NCBI RefSeq assembly: GCF_009914755.1
Contig: NC_060931.1
Direction: 5' to 3' (one strand)
Source of the DNA: the human T2T-CHM13v2.0 reference genome, Homo sapiens
DNA length: 64,000 nt
A program made the position numbers and the translations under genes. The notes below the pieces were generated by a model. That model saw nothing but the letters and a program-made list of their open reading frames with translations, had not been told where the DNA came from and did not search any database. This document shows, piece after piece, positions 23,196 to 40,068 of this stretch. Within the stretch, counting starts at the first letter, position 1. Each line of letters starts with the position of its first letter.

Positions 23196-24589
23196 GTCTT
23201 TTCATTTGAGAATGCTTTGCAGTTTACAACGAACTTCCCCGTGTCTGGCCCTCAAGTCGATCCTGTTTCTATTTTAGGGATGAGGAGCGGGCTCAAGGGT
23301 GGCAGCCGTGCCCTCAGGGCAAGTGGTGAAGCATTGGGAAGTCAGATCCCACCTCCTCCCTCTCCGGGGCTCTTTGTACCTCTCCCAGATTTGACATGCA
23401 CAGGGACCCCTTTTCCCTCTGCTCCCTGCACAGGCAGAGGTCCCCCGCCATCCCAACAGCCCCAGCCCATCACTGCTTCCTGGGAGGAGCCTGAACACTG
23501 GGACCCAGCCAGGGGGCCCCCACACTCCTGGGAGGGCCTTTGTTCAGGTGGAGCCTTCCAAGGGCACAGGACTGAGCCTGCCGCACCCAAGACAGCCCTG
23601 AGCATGCAGGCGGACCAGGTCGAGGTGTGGCCCTGCCTCTGCCGAGAGAGTCACATCCCCTCTCCTCCTCACGGGGGCAGGGAGTGCTGGAGACGAAGGG
23701 GTGCCGCTGAGCCCTGCCGTCCTGCAGAGAAGCATGCATCGTGTGTGGCGGTCAGCAAGCACCTGCCTGCAGAGGCTGCCCCTTCCCGAGGCGTGGGGTG
23801 CAGACACTGGGCCCCCTTTAGCTCCCGGGGAGCCACGCTGAACTTCCCGAGCTCGGGGTGGGATGTGGCCGGGGGTCCTGAAGTCCAGCCTGTTCCGGGC
23901 TCCAGTCTCCACTTTTCTGGGATCTGAGTCCCTGGGGGAGAGCCTGTGGGCATCCTGAGGGTAGAACTGTTGGGGCCACCTCTCACACGCCATGCTCAGG
24001 GCTCCTGCCTGTCTTCTCCCTGCAGTAGAATTGATCCTGGTGGTCTCCGTGTCCCTTCCTTTCCCCGACCTCAGCCGGGGCCACCTGAGTCCCCCGGGTT
24101 ACCCTGCATACCTCCAACTCTCAGGAAGAAGCGAGGGTAGGAGGGACCCCACCCCTCCCGGGGCGCCCCGGGCTCATGGTGCAACTGGACTCGTCTCCCT
24201 GCAAGAACCAGCCCTGCACCGCTGGGGTCCTGGGGCAGACCCCGCTCTGTACCCCAGTCCCAGAGCCCCGGCTGCCACACCGCTCTTCCCGGGGCAAACA
24301 GGGACAGCCTATCCGGGCGTAACTAAGGCTGCCTCTGCCATAAAGCCGTAATCACAGGGACATTCACCAAGGCATGGGGCAAAGGTCTGCATGGCCCCTT
24401 AGAACCTGAACCCACACAACCACCCCACGAGGCAGCCATTCTTTCCTCTATCTCACTTTACATTGAATTGTATAGTTTTGAATATGTGGCCTGACGACAG
24501 CCAAAAGAACATAAAACGGGTTTTCCAGAGAAGTCTGGTTTCTCACCCTGCCCCGTCCACCCCGCCAAAGGCACCTGTTTCTACTGGCT

Positions 24590-26284
<1,695 letters not shown>

Positions 26285-26290
<6 letters not shown>

Positions 26291-26732
26291 AAAAGAAGAA
26301 GGAGGAGGAGAAGGAGAGGGAGGAGGAGTGAGAGGAGAAGGAGAAGAGGGGAGGGGAGGAGGAGAAGAAGAAGAAGAAGGGGGGGGAAAGGAGGAGAAAG
26401 GAGAGGGAGGAGGAGTGAGAGGAGAAGGAGAAGAGGGGAGGGGAGGGGAGGAGGAGGAGAAGAAGAAGAAGGGGGAGGAGAAAGGAGAAGAAGGGGGAGG
26501 AGAAAGGAGGAGAAGGAGAGGGAGGAGGAGTGAAAGGAGAAGGAGAAGAGGGGAGGGGAGGAGGAGAAGAAGAAGGAGGAGGAGAAAGAAGAAAAAGAGG
26601 AGGAAGAGGAAAAAGGAGGAAGAGGAAGAAGGAGGGGGAGGAGGAAAAGAAAGAAAAAGGAGGAAGAGGGGGAAGAAGAGGAAGAGGGAGGAGGAGGAGG
26701 AGGAGAAGGAGGAGGAGGAGAAGGACAAAGAA
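26285..26732. repeat. GA-rich polypurine tract expanded from an Alu tail
   Basis: Nearly pure A/G sequence with a recurring ggagagggaggaggagtgagaggagaaggagaagaggggagggg unit. Confidence 0.95.
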
Positions 26733-27242
26733 GTAGTGGGATTGCTGGGTTCTAGCACAAATCGGGGCCATGGTCTCATGGACAGTGTGGCCAGACTCCT
26801 TCCCTGGGGCTCCGCTGCCTGGCCCCTCCACCAGCAATGCGTCCAAGGGCTCGCTCCCTGAGCCGTGCCTTTGGGGCACGAGATCTGATTTGGGGATTCG
26901 CCTGGACAAGAAGCAGAACGGCAATGTCTTTCTCTGATGTGCATTTCTCTGATTACAGACACCTTTTCACATGTTTGTCCTGTGGATTTCTTTTTCCGTG
27001 GATGATCTATTCACCTCCTTTGCCTTCTTTTATTGGTTGTGTTCTTTCATACACGTTTAGGAGCCCTTTGCCTGGTAGATCTGAGTTGCAAGTATTTTTC
27101 CTAGTGTGTGCTTTGTGTTGTGACTTTACTTCCGAGGATTTTTGCCTTGAATCTGTTTTGTGGTATTTAGATTTTTAATCATGATTAGAGTAACCTTTTT
27201 CCACTCTGAAGTTATAAAGAAAGTTACATATGTTTTCTTCAA

Positions 27243-29562
<2,320 letters not shown>

Positions 29563-30269
29563 CTACTGCTGCTGTTGAGTTATTTCTTGGCACCTGTTTC
29601 TGCGGCCAGGTTGCAGGCATCACTGTGGCTAGCTGCCCCAGACGGCCGTGTGGGCCTTAGCAAGGAGGGGCCTCCCAGGTGGCCAGTGCAGAACCCGCAA
29701 GTGGGGGGGAGAGATGGCCCGGGAGGCTGCCCCCGCGCTCCACAGCAAGAGGCCACTGGGCTGCTGCCTAAATCCCCAGCCACATGGTGGTAAGGACGAC
29801 ACCCAGAAGATGCACAGACCTCCCTGCACTGGCTCCTGAGTCCCACCTGAGCCGAGAAAACAGGCTCCCGGGTCCCACCTGAGCTGAGAAAACAGGCTTC
29901 CCAGAACCCCGGGCAGATGCCATGGGTGTCCTGGGGGGCCCTCGGTTGCCCAGGCCTGAAACTCCTCTTCCTGCAGCGCTCAGAGGGGGGCGGGACTTGG
30001 GGACCCAGAAGCGTGGCAAGGGGCTCCAGACGGATCCCCTCTCCAGCCTGTCCTCCACCTGTGACAGGAAGCAGAGGCAGCTCCCTCAGGGGCCCGCCCC
30101 CACCTGAGGATCCCTCACAGGACTCCTTGGGCCAGTGGTGCCCTAACCCCATCCTGGGCCTGCTGTGTCCCCTGGCAACCACCAGCTGGGGCTTTAGAAG
30201 GGGGCTGGCCCCACCCACAGAGGCTGTGATCACTAGCCGCTTATCCCCATTTTTACATTGCTGGTTTGC

Positions 30270-30722
<453 letters not shown>

Positions 30723-30829
30723 GGCGGGAGAGGAGGGCGTGGCCGGGGGGCGTGGCCGCGGGGCGGGGAGGGGGCGTGGCCCGGGGGGCAGGGCGGTGTG
30801 ACGCGCGCGCCGCGGATCCCGGAAGCGGT

Positions 30830-31026
30830 GTCAGATGCTGGGGAGCCGGGCGGGCGGGTGCGGTGGCGGCGGGCGGCGCGGGGGCACTTGTTGTTCTTCG
30901 CGAAGTCGGAGCCCGAGCGCCAGGCGGCGGCGGCGGCCGAGGGGAGCGCGACAGTGAGCGCCGGCGCGAGGACAGCGCGTGCCCGCGAGGAGCCGCCGCG
31001 CGCCCGCGCCCTCCGCGCGACGCCAG
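30830..31026 (+). other. MAFK: MAFK non-coding exon 1 (5' end approximate)
   Basis: Consensus donor CCAG|GTGAGG at 31026/31027 within the CpG island. Confidence 0.75.
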
Positions 31027-34000
31027 GTGAGGGGCGGTGGGGCAGCGGGGCCCGGGCCGCGGCGGGGACGGGGACCGGGGCGCGGGGCCGGGGCTACCTG
31101 GCCGCTGAGTCACGGCCGCCTGGGGGCGCGGGCCGAGGGTGGCGGGGTTGGGTGCGCGGGGCCCGAGACCCTCATGCGGCCCGCGGCGCGGCCCGGGCAC
31201 CTGCCCAGGTGGGCCCCGCCCCGCAGGCCCGGGGGCTTCCCCGGGACGCGAGGCTCTCTCCCCTGCACGTGCCGCCCGGGCCATGCTTGCCGCGCCGGGG
31301 GCCCCAGGGCGCGGACCCCAGACCTGGGAGGACGAGGATCCACGCGGGTCGGCGGCGCGCATCGGGCCCGCGCCTTCACACCTGCGGGGGGCGGGGCGGG
31401 GCGGGCGCCACGTGCGGGCGGTGCGGGGAGGGCGCGGGCGCGTGGATTCTCCGCGGCTTCCGCCCCAGCGTGGCTTCCGCGTGCGGCCCCGGACTGCCCC
31501 CCGCGCTTCCTCCCGGTGACGGGCGGCGCTCTGGCCCAGTGGCTGGGGTCACGCGTGCCCGGGAACGGGGTGGGGGTAACCGGGTCTCCCCACAGGCGGG
31601 ATCCTGGGACTGGTGTCGCTCTCAGCCGCCCACCTGCCAGGGTTGCTGGAAGGAAGGCCGTGGGGAGGCGGGAGGGGGGCAGGTGACAGTGGCCCCAAGG
31701 CTCGTCCCTTTGCTCACGTGTGGGGCAGGGGCTCCGGCCTCTTCCCGCTCCCACTGCGTGAGTTCTTCTGTGCCTCTGTCAAGTTCAGGAAACTGTGTAT
31801 GTGCCCGTGACTGTGTGTGTCTGCGTCTGCACAGCCTCTAGATCCTGGGGGGTGGGACCAGGCGCCACCGAGAAACCCAGAAAGCCAGGACCCCGCCTGG
31901 CCTTGGCCCTTGACCTGGGTCCGCCTGGGACACAGCAGTGGCCCTGCACTGCATTCTCGCGCTCACACCGTGTGTGTCCGTGTTCGCGGGGCCTCCCGTG
32001 TCCCTCTCCTGGTGTCCTGCGTCCCTGAGCATGCTGTTTTCTTGCTTCTTAAGTAGCTCTTGTAGCTGAGGCAGAAATTAGATCCACTCACCATTCATTC
32101 ACCAGGTGACCCACAGGCAGCCAGCCAATCTCTGGCCAGGTGCCTGGCCTTGGGAAGATCCTGAGACTCAAAACGCCCCCCACCGCCCCCCATCGTGGTC
32201 TAGGGGATATCTGTGTGGTTCGGCTCTGGCAGCGCCCTTCCCACCCCTCTGATTCTCCAGGGTGGGCTGCCAGGTCTCTTTACTGGCACTGAGGTTTCAC
32301 CGTCACGGTGTGTTGTTGTAAGGGGTTCTCCAACACAGAGTGGGGTGCCCTATGCAGCTTCTCCAAACCCAATGTCTTCAGGGACATGGAGCATTAAAAG
32401 AGCCGTGGGCGGGGTCTGGAGAACATAGGTGGGCTGTGCAGGTGTCTGGGACACACCTACACCCTATTTGGGCGTCCAGTGCCATTTATGAGAACATCTC
32501 CCTTTCTTAGGTAACCCAGTAGGAATGTCTGAGTTTGACCTTGGGAGAGGGAGTCTGCTTTTAAAACTAGACCTCTCATTATTCCAAAATAAGACATTTA
32601 TTAAAGCAGAAAAACCAGGCTTCTCCTGCCTTTTATCCTTGAACCGAGCCAGGGCTTTGAGGGGCTGGTTGCCCGCAGCGTCGACTCCCCAGGTGCTGGT
32701 AAACCCGGGAGCCAGCGTTTACCGAGGGTCAGGGTTGTCGGGGCGCCAGCCTTTGTGTGCACCCGGGAGGCTGCTGTTAAGGGAGACCGTCTTCCGGGCC
32801 ACTTCGCTGTCTACAAGGCGTGTGCTTTCACCCACGGGGCTCAGCGATGGCTGCGTTTGTTTACAGTCTCTGGCAAAGCTGTTTGCCACCCAGACGGAGA
32901 AGAAGTTGTGCCTGTTCTTGTCCCAGCTGTTTCTGAGTCTAAAGGTTTCTGGAGTGGACTTTCTGGGTTTCGGGTCCAGTCCACACGGGAAATGGAAATC
33001 TGGCCAGCTGAGAGAGGGCTCCGTGTGGCCGCCTTTCAACAGTAAACAGTGACTCACCGCTCCGTCCCCACCCTCCCTGCTCTCCGCGAATGGAAGATGC
33101 CTTTCCCCGCTATTTATTTTTGCTTTTTATAAGTCACAGACTCGTCATGTTTCCGCTTTCCTACAGTTTCAGGAAACTGGGAGTGTCGTCTTAAAATCAT
33201 AGAGTTTTAGAGCAGGTACAAGCGAACTTGAGTGGCCACATGCCCCACCCCCCGACCAGCTGCTGTAGATGAGGAAGCCCAGGCCATGAGGTCTGCTGGC
33301 CTGTCCCACAGGCCGGTGGGGTCTGGTGTAGAGCCTTCCTGCTTCTCCGCACTGTGCGTCGGGTGTCCTGGGGAAGGTATTGGGGTGGAGACTGCCCTCT
33401 CCCTGCCCTCCCATGCGGGGCCGGCTCATCTCGTACAGCGGGGGCTAGTGTGGGGTGTAGGGAAGACCTTCTCCCTGCTTGCAAGGAGCTCACCATGCCT
33501 TGGGGAGGCCCCCTGTCCCCAGAAGGATCTAGAACCAGGCCTTGGTAGAGGGTGCTTGCCTACGCGAGGAGGAGAGCAGTGGGGAGTGTTTCTGGAAGAA
33601 GCAGGGCAGGGAACCACGTGCTCTCTGCAGATGGTGATCAGAAACCTGAAACGGCATTGGGGTGGGGGAGTCGGGGTTTGGGAGGAACCCCCAAGACTTT
33701 TGACTGCCTGTGGGGCTGTGTGGGGGGCACCAGGATCAGGGTGAGGGCATCCCATTTGGCAAAGCTGTGGTCCAGACAGGAGACGCTGGAGGCCGGAGCC
33801 TGGGCAGGTGCTGTGGGTTCAGGCGGGTGATGCTTGAGGGCTGGGATCAAGCCTGGTTGGCGCGTGGATGAGGAAAAGAGAGAGGGGCAGGGGCAACTCC
33901 GGTGAATGATGCGGTTGGGGGCTGGGGGGCATCTGGGCCCCCCGGAATGCCCCTGACTGGACTTAGAGGCTGGGAGCGGATTGAAGCCCCAGGGCGGCCG

Positions 34001-35029
34001 GGGGAGAACAGGATGCTGATGGGGAGCTGGAGGCCGAGGACAGGAGGATGGTGTGGTGGGAGCCAGGGCGGGGACTGGAGGGGGTGTGGTGTGTTCTGCA
34101 GTCTGCTCTCTGCTGCTGCAGCTGCCTGAGTCACCTCTGGATGTAGCGGAATGACACAGCTTCCTCAGACTGCAAATGCAAGGTGACCAGACGTCCTCCA
34201 AGCCGGGCCGACAGTCATGGCTTGCTGGAGGGCAGCCAGCCAGGGCCAGGCTGCTGGCTGGTATGGGCCGGGCTGCGGGGTGCCAAGTGGGGTGCCTCCC
34301 GCATGCTTAGTGGGGCTGTGTCCGGGACAGCCGGACAGTGGGGGCCCTCGCAGTGTAGGACCTCATCCTCAGTAGGAAGGGTGTCTGGCTGGTCTCTGGG
34401 ACCAGCTGGGCTGCAATTAGTCGGTTGACACCTGTTTGACAGGCACCCACTGGGTACCAGTGCCACAGCGGCCCCACCTACCCTTGCGGCCCAGTGTGGA
34501 GGGCACCCGGCTTGGGGTCTCTGGCAGAAAGGCTCCTGGGAGAGGCGGGTACACCTTGGGTGGCCTCTGGTTTTGTGGATTGCACCTGCCGTGGGAGTCA
34601 CTGGTCGGGGGGCGGGAGGGCGCTTGCTGCTGTGCTGCTGGGTTTCTGAACCCGTGTCTCTCGCACAGAGCTCCCGTCCTCCGTTCCTGGTCTTCCTCCT
34701 GCCCCTCCTCCCTCTCCCGCATCCCACATCCTCGGAGACCCGCGGAGAATAGAAGTGGAAGGGCCACTCCGTCTTGGTCAGACTGGCTGGGCAGCTGAGG
34801 GGGTGGGGCATGGAGTCTGTGTCATCATTCACCCCTTGGGCAAGAACAAGTGACCCATCCAGAGCCCCCATGCTGGCCTCGTAGAGCGAGCGGCAGCCCC
34901 GATGCGTCCTCTCATCTGGGAAGAATCAGAGCCCCAAAGCTGAAATCCCCGTTTCTCTATGGGCATCCACAGCCGGGACCGTTCAGAGGGGTCATCCAGC
35001 CGTCAGCTGCTCAACTCACTTTTGCACTC

Positions 35030-35785
35030 TCTCTTTTTTTTTTTCCTAAAAGATAAGGTCTTGCCCTGTCACTCAGGCTGCTGGAGTGCAGTGGTGTGAT
35101 CACAGCTCACTGCAATCTCGACTTCGAGGCTCAAGCAATCCTCCCACCTCAGCCTCCCGAGTAGCCGGGACCATAGGCACATATGTGCCATCACAACTGG
35201 CTATTTAAAATTCTTTTTTTTTTTTTTTTTGTAGAGATGGGGCCTTGTTATGTTGCCCAGGCTGGCCTGAAACTACTGGGCTCGAGCATTCGGCCTCCGG
35301 AGGCGTTGCTATTACAGGCAAGAGCCACTGTGCCCAGTCCCAACTTGGTGGAGAAAATGTTCCCTCCTGGACCCCAAAGCAGGTCCTTCTCAGCTTGTGC
35401 CAGCACAGCAAGAGGTGCCAAGGCTGCCAGCCCCCCACTGAGCAGGGTCAGGCCCATGGGTGACCAGTGAGTATTTGCTGGGACTTAAAAAGTTAAAAAT
35501 GGCCGGGCATGGTGGCTCATACCTGTAATCCCAGCACTTTGGGAGACTGAGGCAGGAAGATCACTTGAGTCCAGGAGCTCGAGACCAGCCTAGGCAACAT
35601 GGTGAGACCCTGTCTCTACAAAAAAGTTTAAAATTCTCTGGGTGTGGGGGTGCCCACCCGTAGTCCCAGCTGCTCGGGAGGCTGAGGCAGGAGGATCGCT
35701 TGAGCTCAGGAGGTCTGCAGTGAGCTGTGATTTCACCACTGCACTCCAGCCTGGGTGACAGAGTGACACCTTGTCTCTAAAATGA
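35030..35785. mobile_element. Inverted AluJ-like pair in MAFK intron 1 (minus ~35030-35335, plus ~35501-35785)
   Basis: Alu consensus in opposite orientations. Confidence 0.85.
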
Positions 35786-38246
35786 AAATTAAAAGGGAAA
35801 ACATGATCCTCCAGAAGCTGAGGTGGCTGCCTGGGGATCACCTGCTCCTGAAAGCACAGTTCTGGACGACTGACCCTGGGCTGCCTGCCCTGCCGGGGGG
35901 AGCCCAGGGCTCTGATCCTCACCCTCTGCAAGGTGCCTTCCTGGGCGGAGCCGCCCTGCCCTGCGCTTTATGGAGCCCAGGCCCTCAGTCTGGATCCTGG
36001 AAAGGGGCGCCCGGCGTCCTGGCTCCGTCACTCATCCCCAGCTGCAGCCGCAGGAATTGCCTCTGTCTGAGGCTGCTGGCAGTTCCTTTTCCTTGAGAGG
36101 AAGTGATGCCCCCGCTGAGCCTTGTTTAGTTCTGCGTCACGTCGAGGTGTCTGGCCTTGGGTTGAAAACCCTGCCTCTTCCATCCGAAAACCAGTTACCT
36201 GAGAGCTGTTCCAAGTTATAGGTGGTGCCGGAGAACTTTGCTGCCCGGCGCTGCTCCCGGGACGTGGGGCGTGAGCGCTGCACCCTTACTTACGTCGGCT
36301 GCTGGGGCCCCACAGCGGAAACTCAGACCCGCCCACCCAGGCCCCCGCTGTGGCGCTGAACACTGCACTTCTCTGGTGACCACCGAAACTCAGAGGAGCT
36401 CGGGGTGTCGGGTGCTTGTGCGTGGCGATGCTGGTGTTTTGTTAGCTGCTGGGCGTAAGACACAATGCGAGGACGTCGTTCCTCGGGGGCTGCTGGAGGG
36501 GAGCTTGGCTGCAGTGCTGACCAGGTGCTAATGCAGTAGCCCCTGCCTTGGGCCCGGGGTAGTGCACGGGCGTCTCTGCGACCCCAGGCACGCTTTCCCC
36601 CTGGATGACACCCTAAGGCTGCGTCTCTGGCCCTGGGGTGGGAGCGCTTTCTACATGTGCTCTGGCGGCCCTGGAGGCCATGTGAGGTCGGACAGTTCAC
36701 AAAACCCCATTTAGGGCAGTCGTCATTTTTAGATCAGTTGCTTTACAAACTTTTTTTGTGCATACAAAACTCTTCTCTGAATGTCCTTCCAAAAGCAAGC
36801 TGTCATCTTTCTTGCCTCTGATGTTTAAAGCGACATTAGGTTAAGGCTACTTGGATTTATTCTGTGCATGGTGGGGAGAGGGAGGCGCCAGCACCATCCC
36901 ATCCCGTGCTGGGTTCCTGAGAGAAGCTTTGCTGCTTGGCTGGGCCGTCCCGCTGCGTCGTCTCTCCAGGCGCGTGGCTGGTCCAGGCTTCCTCGGCAGA
37001 GCAGAGTCGTGACCTGCCCAAGGAGGTGGGGGGCAGGCTTGCGAGCACAGCGTGGGGGCCGCCTGGGAGCCCTGCGTCCGCCAGGTCCTCATTCTTCAGA
37101 GGGCCCCAGTGCAGGTGTGCCTCGAAGTACTGGGGTTGGAGCGGGGCACAGGCGTGCTTCAGTAGCCCTGGCAACCTTGACCTCCTGGAAGTAGTCAGCC
37201 ACCCCTCCTGGGGCGCCCCCGGCTACCGTGTGCCTCCGCAGTGTCACAGGGCATCGCGGAGGCATCTTTTTAGTGGAAAGATCCCCACGCTGAACTCTGC
37301 CCCTGGCATCTGGCCGAGCCCCACACGTCACCGTGGGTCTGGCCAGACGGTCCTGTCCCCCGGACCTTCCTTTTCCGCCCGGCTGTGCTGCCACGGCGGG
37401 CAGTGGGCCCGGGGGCCCAGGAGCGGGTCCTTGCTGGGTGGGAGGCCCGGGTGTGTGGGAATGCGCGCGGCTCTGTAAACATCTGGTGACTCACCGCATA
37501 GCTATGTCGTGGCCGGCCTGTGCACTGACGTGCTCGCAGTGGAGCTGGAAGCGGTGCCCGCGGCCCCTCCCTCTGACATGGAAAAGTTTCTCATGGTGCT
37601 CCCAGCCGCCGGCATTTGCAGGTCCCCACGGTGGCGGAGGCAGCTGGGCCCCAGCCTCTCCACTGTCACCCTCACCCCAGGACGTGGTGCGAAGGAGCCT
37701 GGAGCCCACCTGGCCGTCCCCGGGACCGGCTGGTGCCATCCTGTGCCATCTACGTCAGCGCCCTGAGATCAGCTGGCCTTGGCAGGGGCAGCGGACTCGG
37801 CAGCCTGGCGCAGGACCCTGTCTCACCTGTGCGGCCCTCTTGTTGTGGGGATTTGTGGGTTGCGGGGGTGGGGCCCCCATCGGAGGCAGGGCTGGAGGGT
37901 GGAGGGATTTGGGCCCGAGGGCTCCCTGGCCCAGGGTGTGGGGAGGGTCCTGGGCTGGCAGGGAGGACGGGATGCGGTCACCCGCCCCCATGATGCCCAT
38001 GTCCAGTGGAGGTGCTGACCAAGGACACCCCCCACCGCCGTGTGCTGCTCTGATGTTCCTGTGGGAACCTGTGTCTGGTATTTGGGGTATGGGAGTGGGT
38101 GCTGTGAACCCCTGTCCCGCGAGCTGCCCGGCGCCTTCTGCCCGCCCGTCCCGGCCGCCGGGTGCAAATGGGTTTGTTGACTGCCTGCCGGCCTCGTGAT
38201 GTCTGTGCAACCTGACCTGAAGTCAGGATCGCGTTTGGGCTTCTCG

Positions 38247-38298
38247 GTTTCCATGACAACCGTGGGGGCTGGCTCGGTCCCAAGGTCGCCATGGCAAC
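38247..38298. promoter_or_regulatory. Two RFX X-box motifs
   Basis: GTTTCCATGACAAC at 38247-38260 and GTCGCCATGGCAAC at 38285-38298, against the palindromic consensus GTTGCCATGGCAAC. Confidence 0.6.
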
Positions 38299-39320
38299 TA
38301 TCGGAGGGCTCATGCCGGGGATGCTTTGGCTGGGTTTTTCATGAATGATTAGAATGTGTGACACAATGCAGACGTGAGGACGGCGGGGGCGGCGGCGGGG
38401 ACGACTCCCGCCAGACGGTCAAATGCTCGGCAGGGCGGCGGCTCCCCCACCTCCCTGGTCTCTGGCTGCGGCCCCCGGACCTGCCGCCCCTCAGGAACCC
38501 CACACCCCCTTGGGCCGCAGGGTCCTCGCTCGGGGGCAGCTTAGGTGGAGGTGGTGATGTCACAGCCGCAGCGGCCAGGGCCGTGGTAGGTGTCCCGTGG
38601 CCTGTGGGGAGGGCGGGGCGGGAGGGCGGCTGGGCCTCCACCCAGGCCCACCGTGGGGGATGGCGATGTCAGGGGCTCCCCAGAGGCCCCCTCTCGGGGA
38701 TCCAGGCTGGGTCCGGAGCACCGGAGCCTTTGCCAGTGTAGGGTCGCTGTCCAGCGGGGCCCCACACTCCTCGGGGCCGGCACAGCTGTCTTGAGGGAGG
38801 GAGGTTTTGCCACCAGTCACTTTGGTCCTCGGTACGGGGCACCTTGTGCTGTGCAGGTGCAGACGTCTTCTCTGACCTCAGGGAGAGTCAGAACAGGAAG
38901 CAGCCACTGCCGGCGCCTGCTGGTCACCCCACAGTGCCGGCGGCTGCAGCCCAGGTCTGCAGGGCAGCAGGGGGCCGCACCTGGCTGCCAGGCCCTGGGG
39001 TGGGGTCCCAGCCGCTCTGTGGAGTGTGCTAGAGTGTGAGGTGCAGCCAGACCTTTCCCTGAACCCTCAGGCAGGGACAGAGGCCGGGCCAGGATGCCTC
39101 ACCCCCTGGGAAGCCCCTCAGGACGGGCTGGGCCCGGATGGTGCCCCGTCTTGTTTTCATGGTGCTGTGACTGTCCACCCCGGGCTGAGAAGCATCCCTG
39201 CATGGGAGGTGGGCACCCTGTCCGGCGCTGCCGGCCCTGACCTGTGCTGGCTTCTCTGCTTGTCCATGTTTTCCAGCTACGAGTTCCAGGGAGCTCTGTC
39301 CTGGTGACCGTGCCCGGGTT

Positions 39321-39356
39321 ATGACGACTAATCCCAAACCGAATAAGGCATTAAAG
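39321..39356 (+). CDS. MAFK: Small Maf bZIP transcription factor MafK, first coding segment (MTTNPKPNKALK); exon 2 spans 39277-39356
   Basis: Acceptor tgttttccag|C at 39277, ATG at 39321, donor AAG|GTAAGG. I recognise the small-Maf N-terminus. The segment is too short for the ORF track. Confidence 0.95.
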
Positions 39357-40068
39357 GTAAGGCTGGTTCCAAGCAGGCCCCGTCTCAAGCACAGGCGTGG
39401 GAAAGGCCCCCGGCCCGACAGCCCCTGCTATCCCAGGGCCGTCCTGAGCCTGTGATGGAGGCCTCCCTGTTGCCAGGAGGAGGGGGGCTGCTGTGGCCGA
39501 GGGATGTTCACAGGAGAGGTGGAGTCAGGATCGGGGACTGTGGTTCCAGGCGATGACTCCCAGGCTGAGGGCGTGGCAGGGTCTGCTGCCTTCCCGCCTG
39601 GGCTGTGTGTCCGCCGGGCGCTACTGCATGAGCTCATCCCCTGGCTCCAGGCGTGGGCAGCGTGGCCAGCGTGGCCTCTGGTGAACGCGATGCTCCAGCT
39701 CCCAAGGCCCGAGCCCACCTGTGCCTGGCGCTTGCCGCCTCCACAATGGCGTGTGCCTGTGGGCCGGCTCAGTCCCAGCAGCAGGACCCATGCACTCTGG
39801 GTCCTCATGGGCTCTGAGGCTGTCGGTAACCAGGAGTGACCGATGTCACCACTGGCTTTTCCCGTTCAGAAAGGGTCCTGTGGGGCCACAGCTGTCACAT
39901 GGGCTGCCTGCGTGCACAGTGTCCTGTGGTCCCTGGTGCGGATGGCGAAGGCCAGCCCTGAGAGCGCAGGCGTGCAGGGGCACCGCTGGGTTCCTGGCCA
40001 CCCCAGTGTCGGTCCCAGGCAGACACCCCACGTTCTCCCGCCGCTGACCCCGCACTGTGGCCCCCCAG

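Noticed and set aside
29838-29905. Short two-copy direct repeats (32 bp here; also ~48435-48490 and ~49440-49495)
   Set aside because: Ordinary slippage duplications with no evident function.
36230-36500. CpG-rich patch with a minus-strand donor AC|GTAAGT (~36294), a possible antisense exon
   Set aside because: A single donor motif is not enough without transcript data.
38960-38980. CTCF-like GCAGCAGGGGGCCGC
   Set aside because: Imperfect match, common by chance at this GC content.
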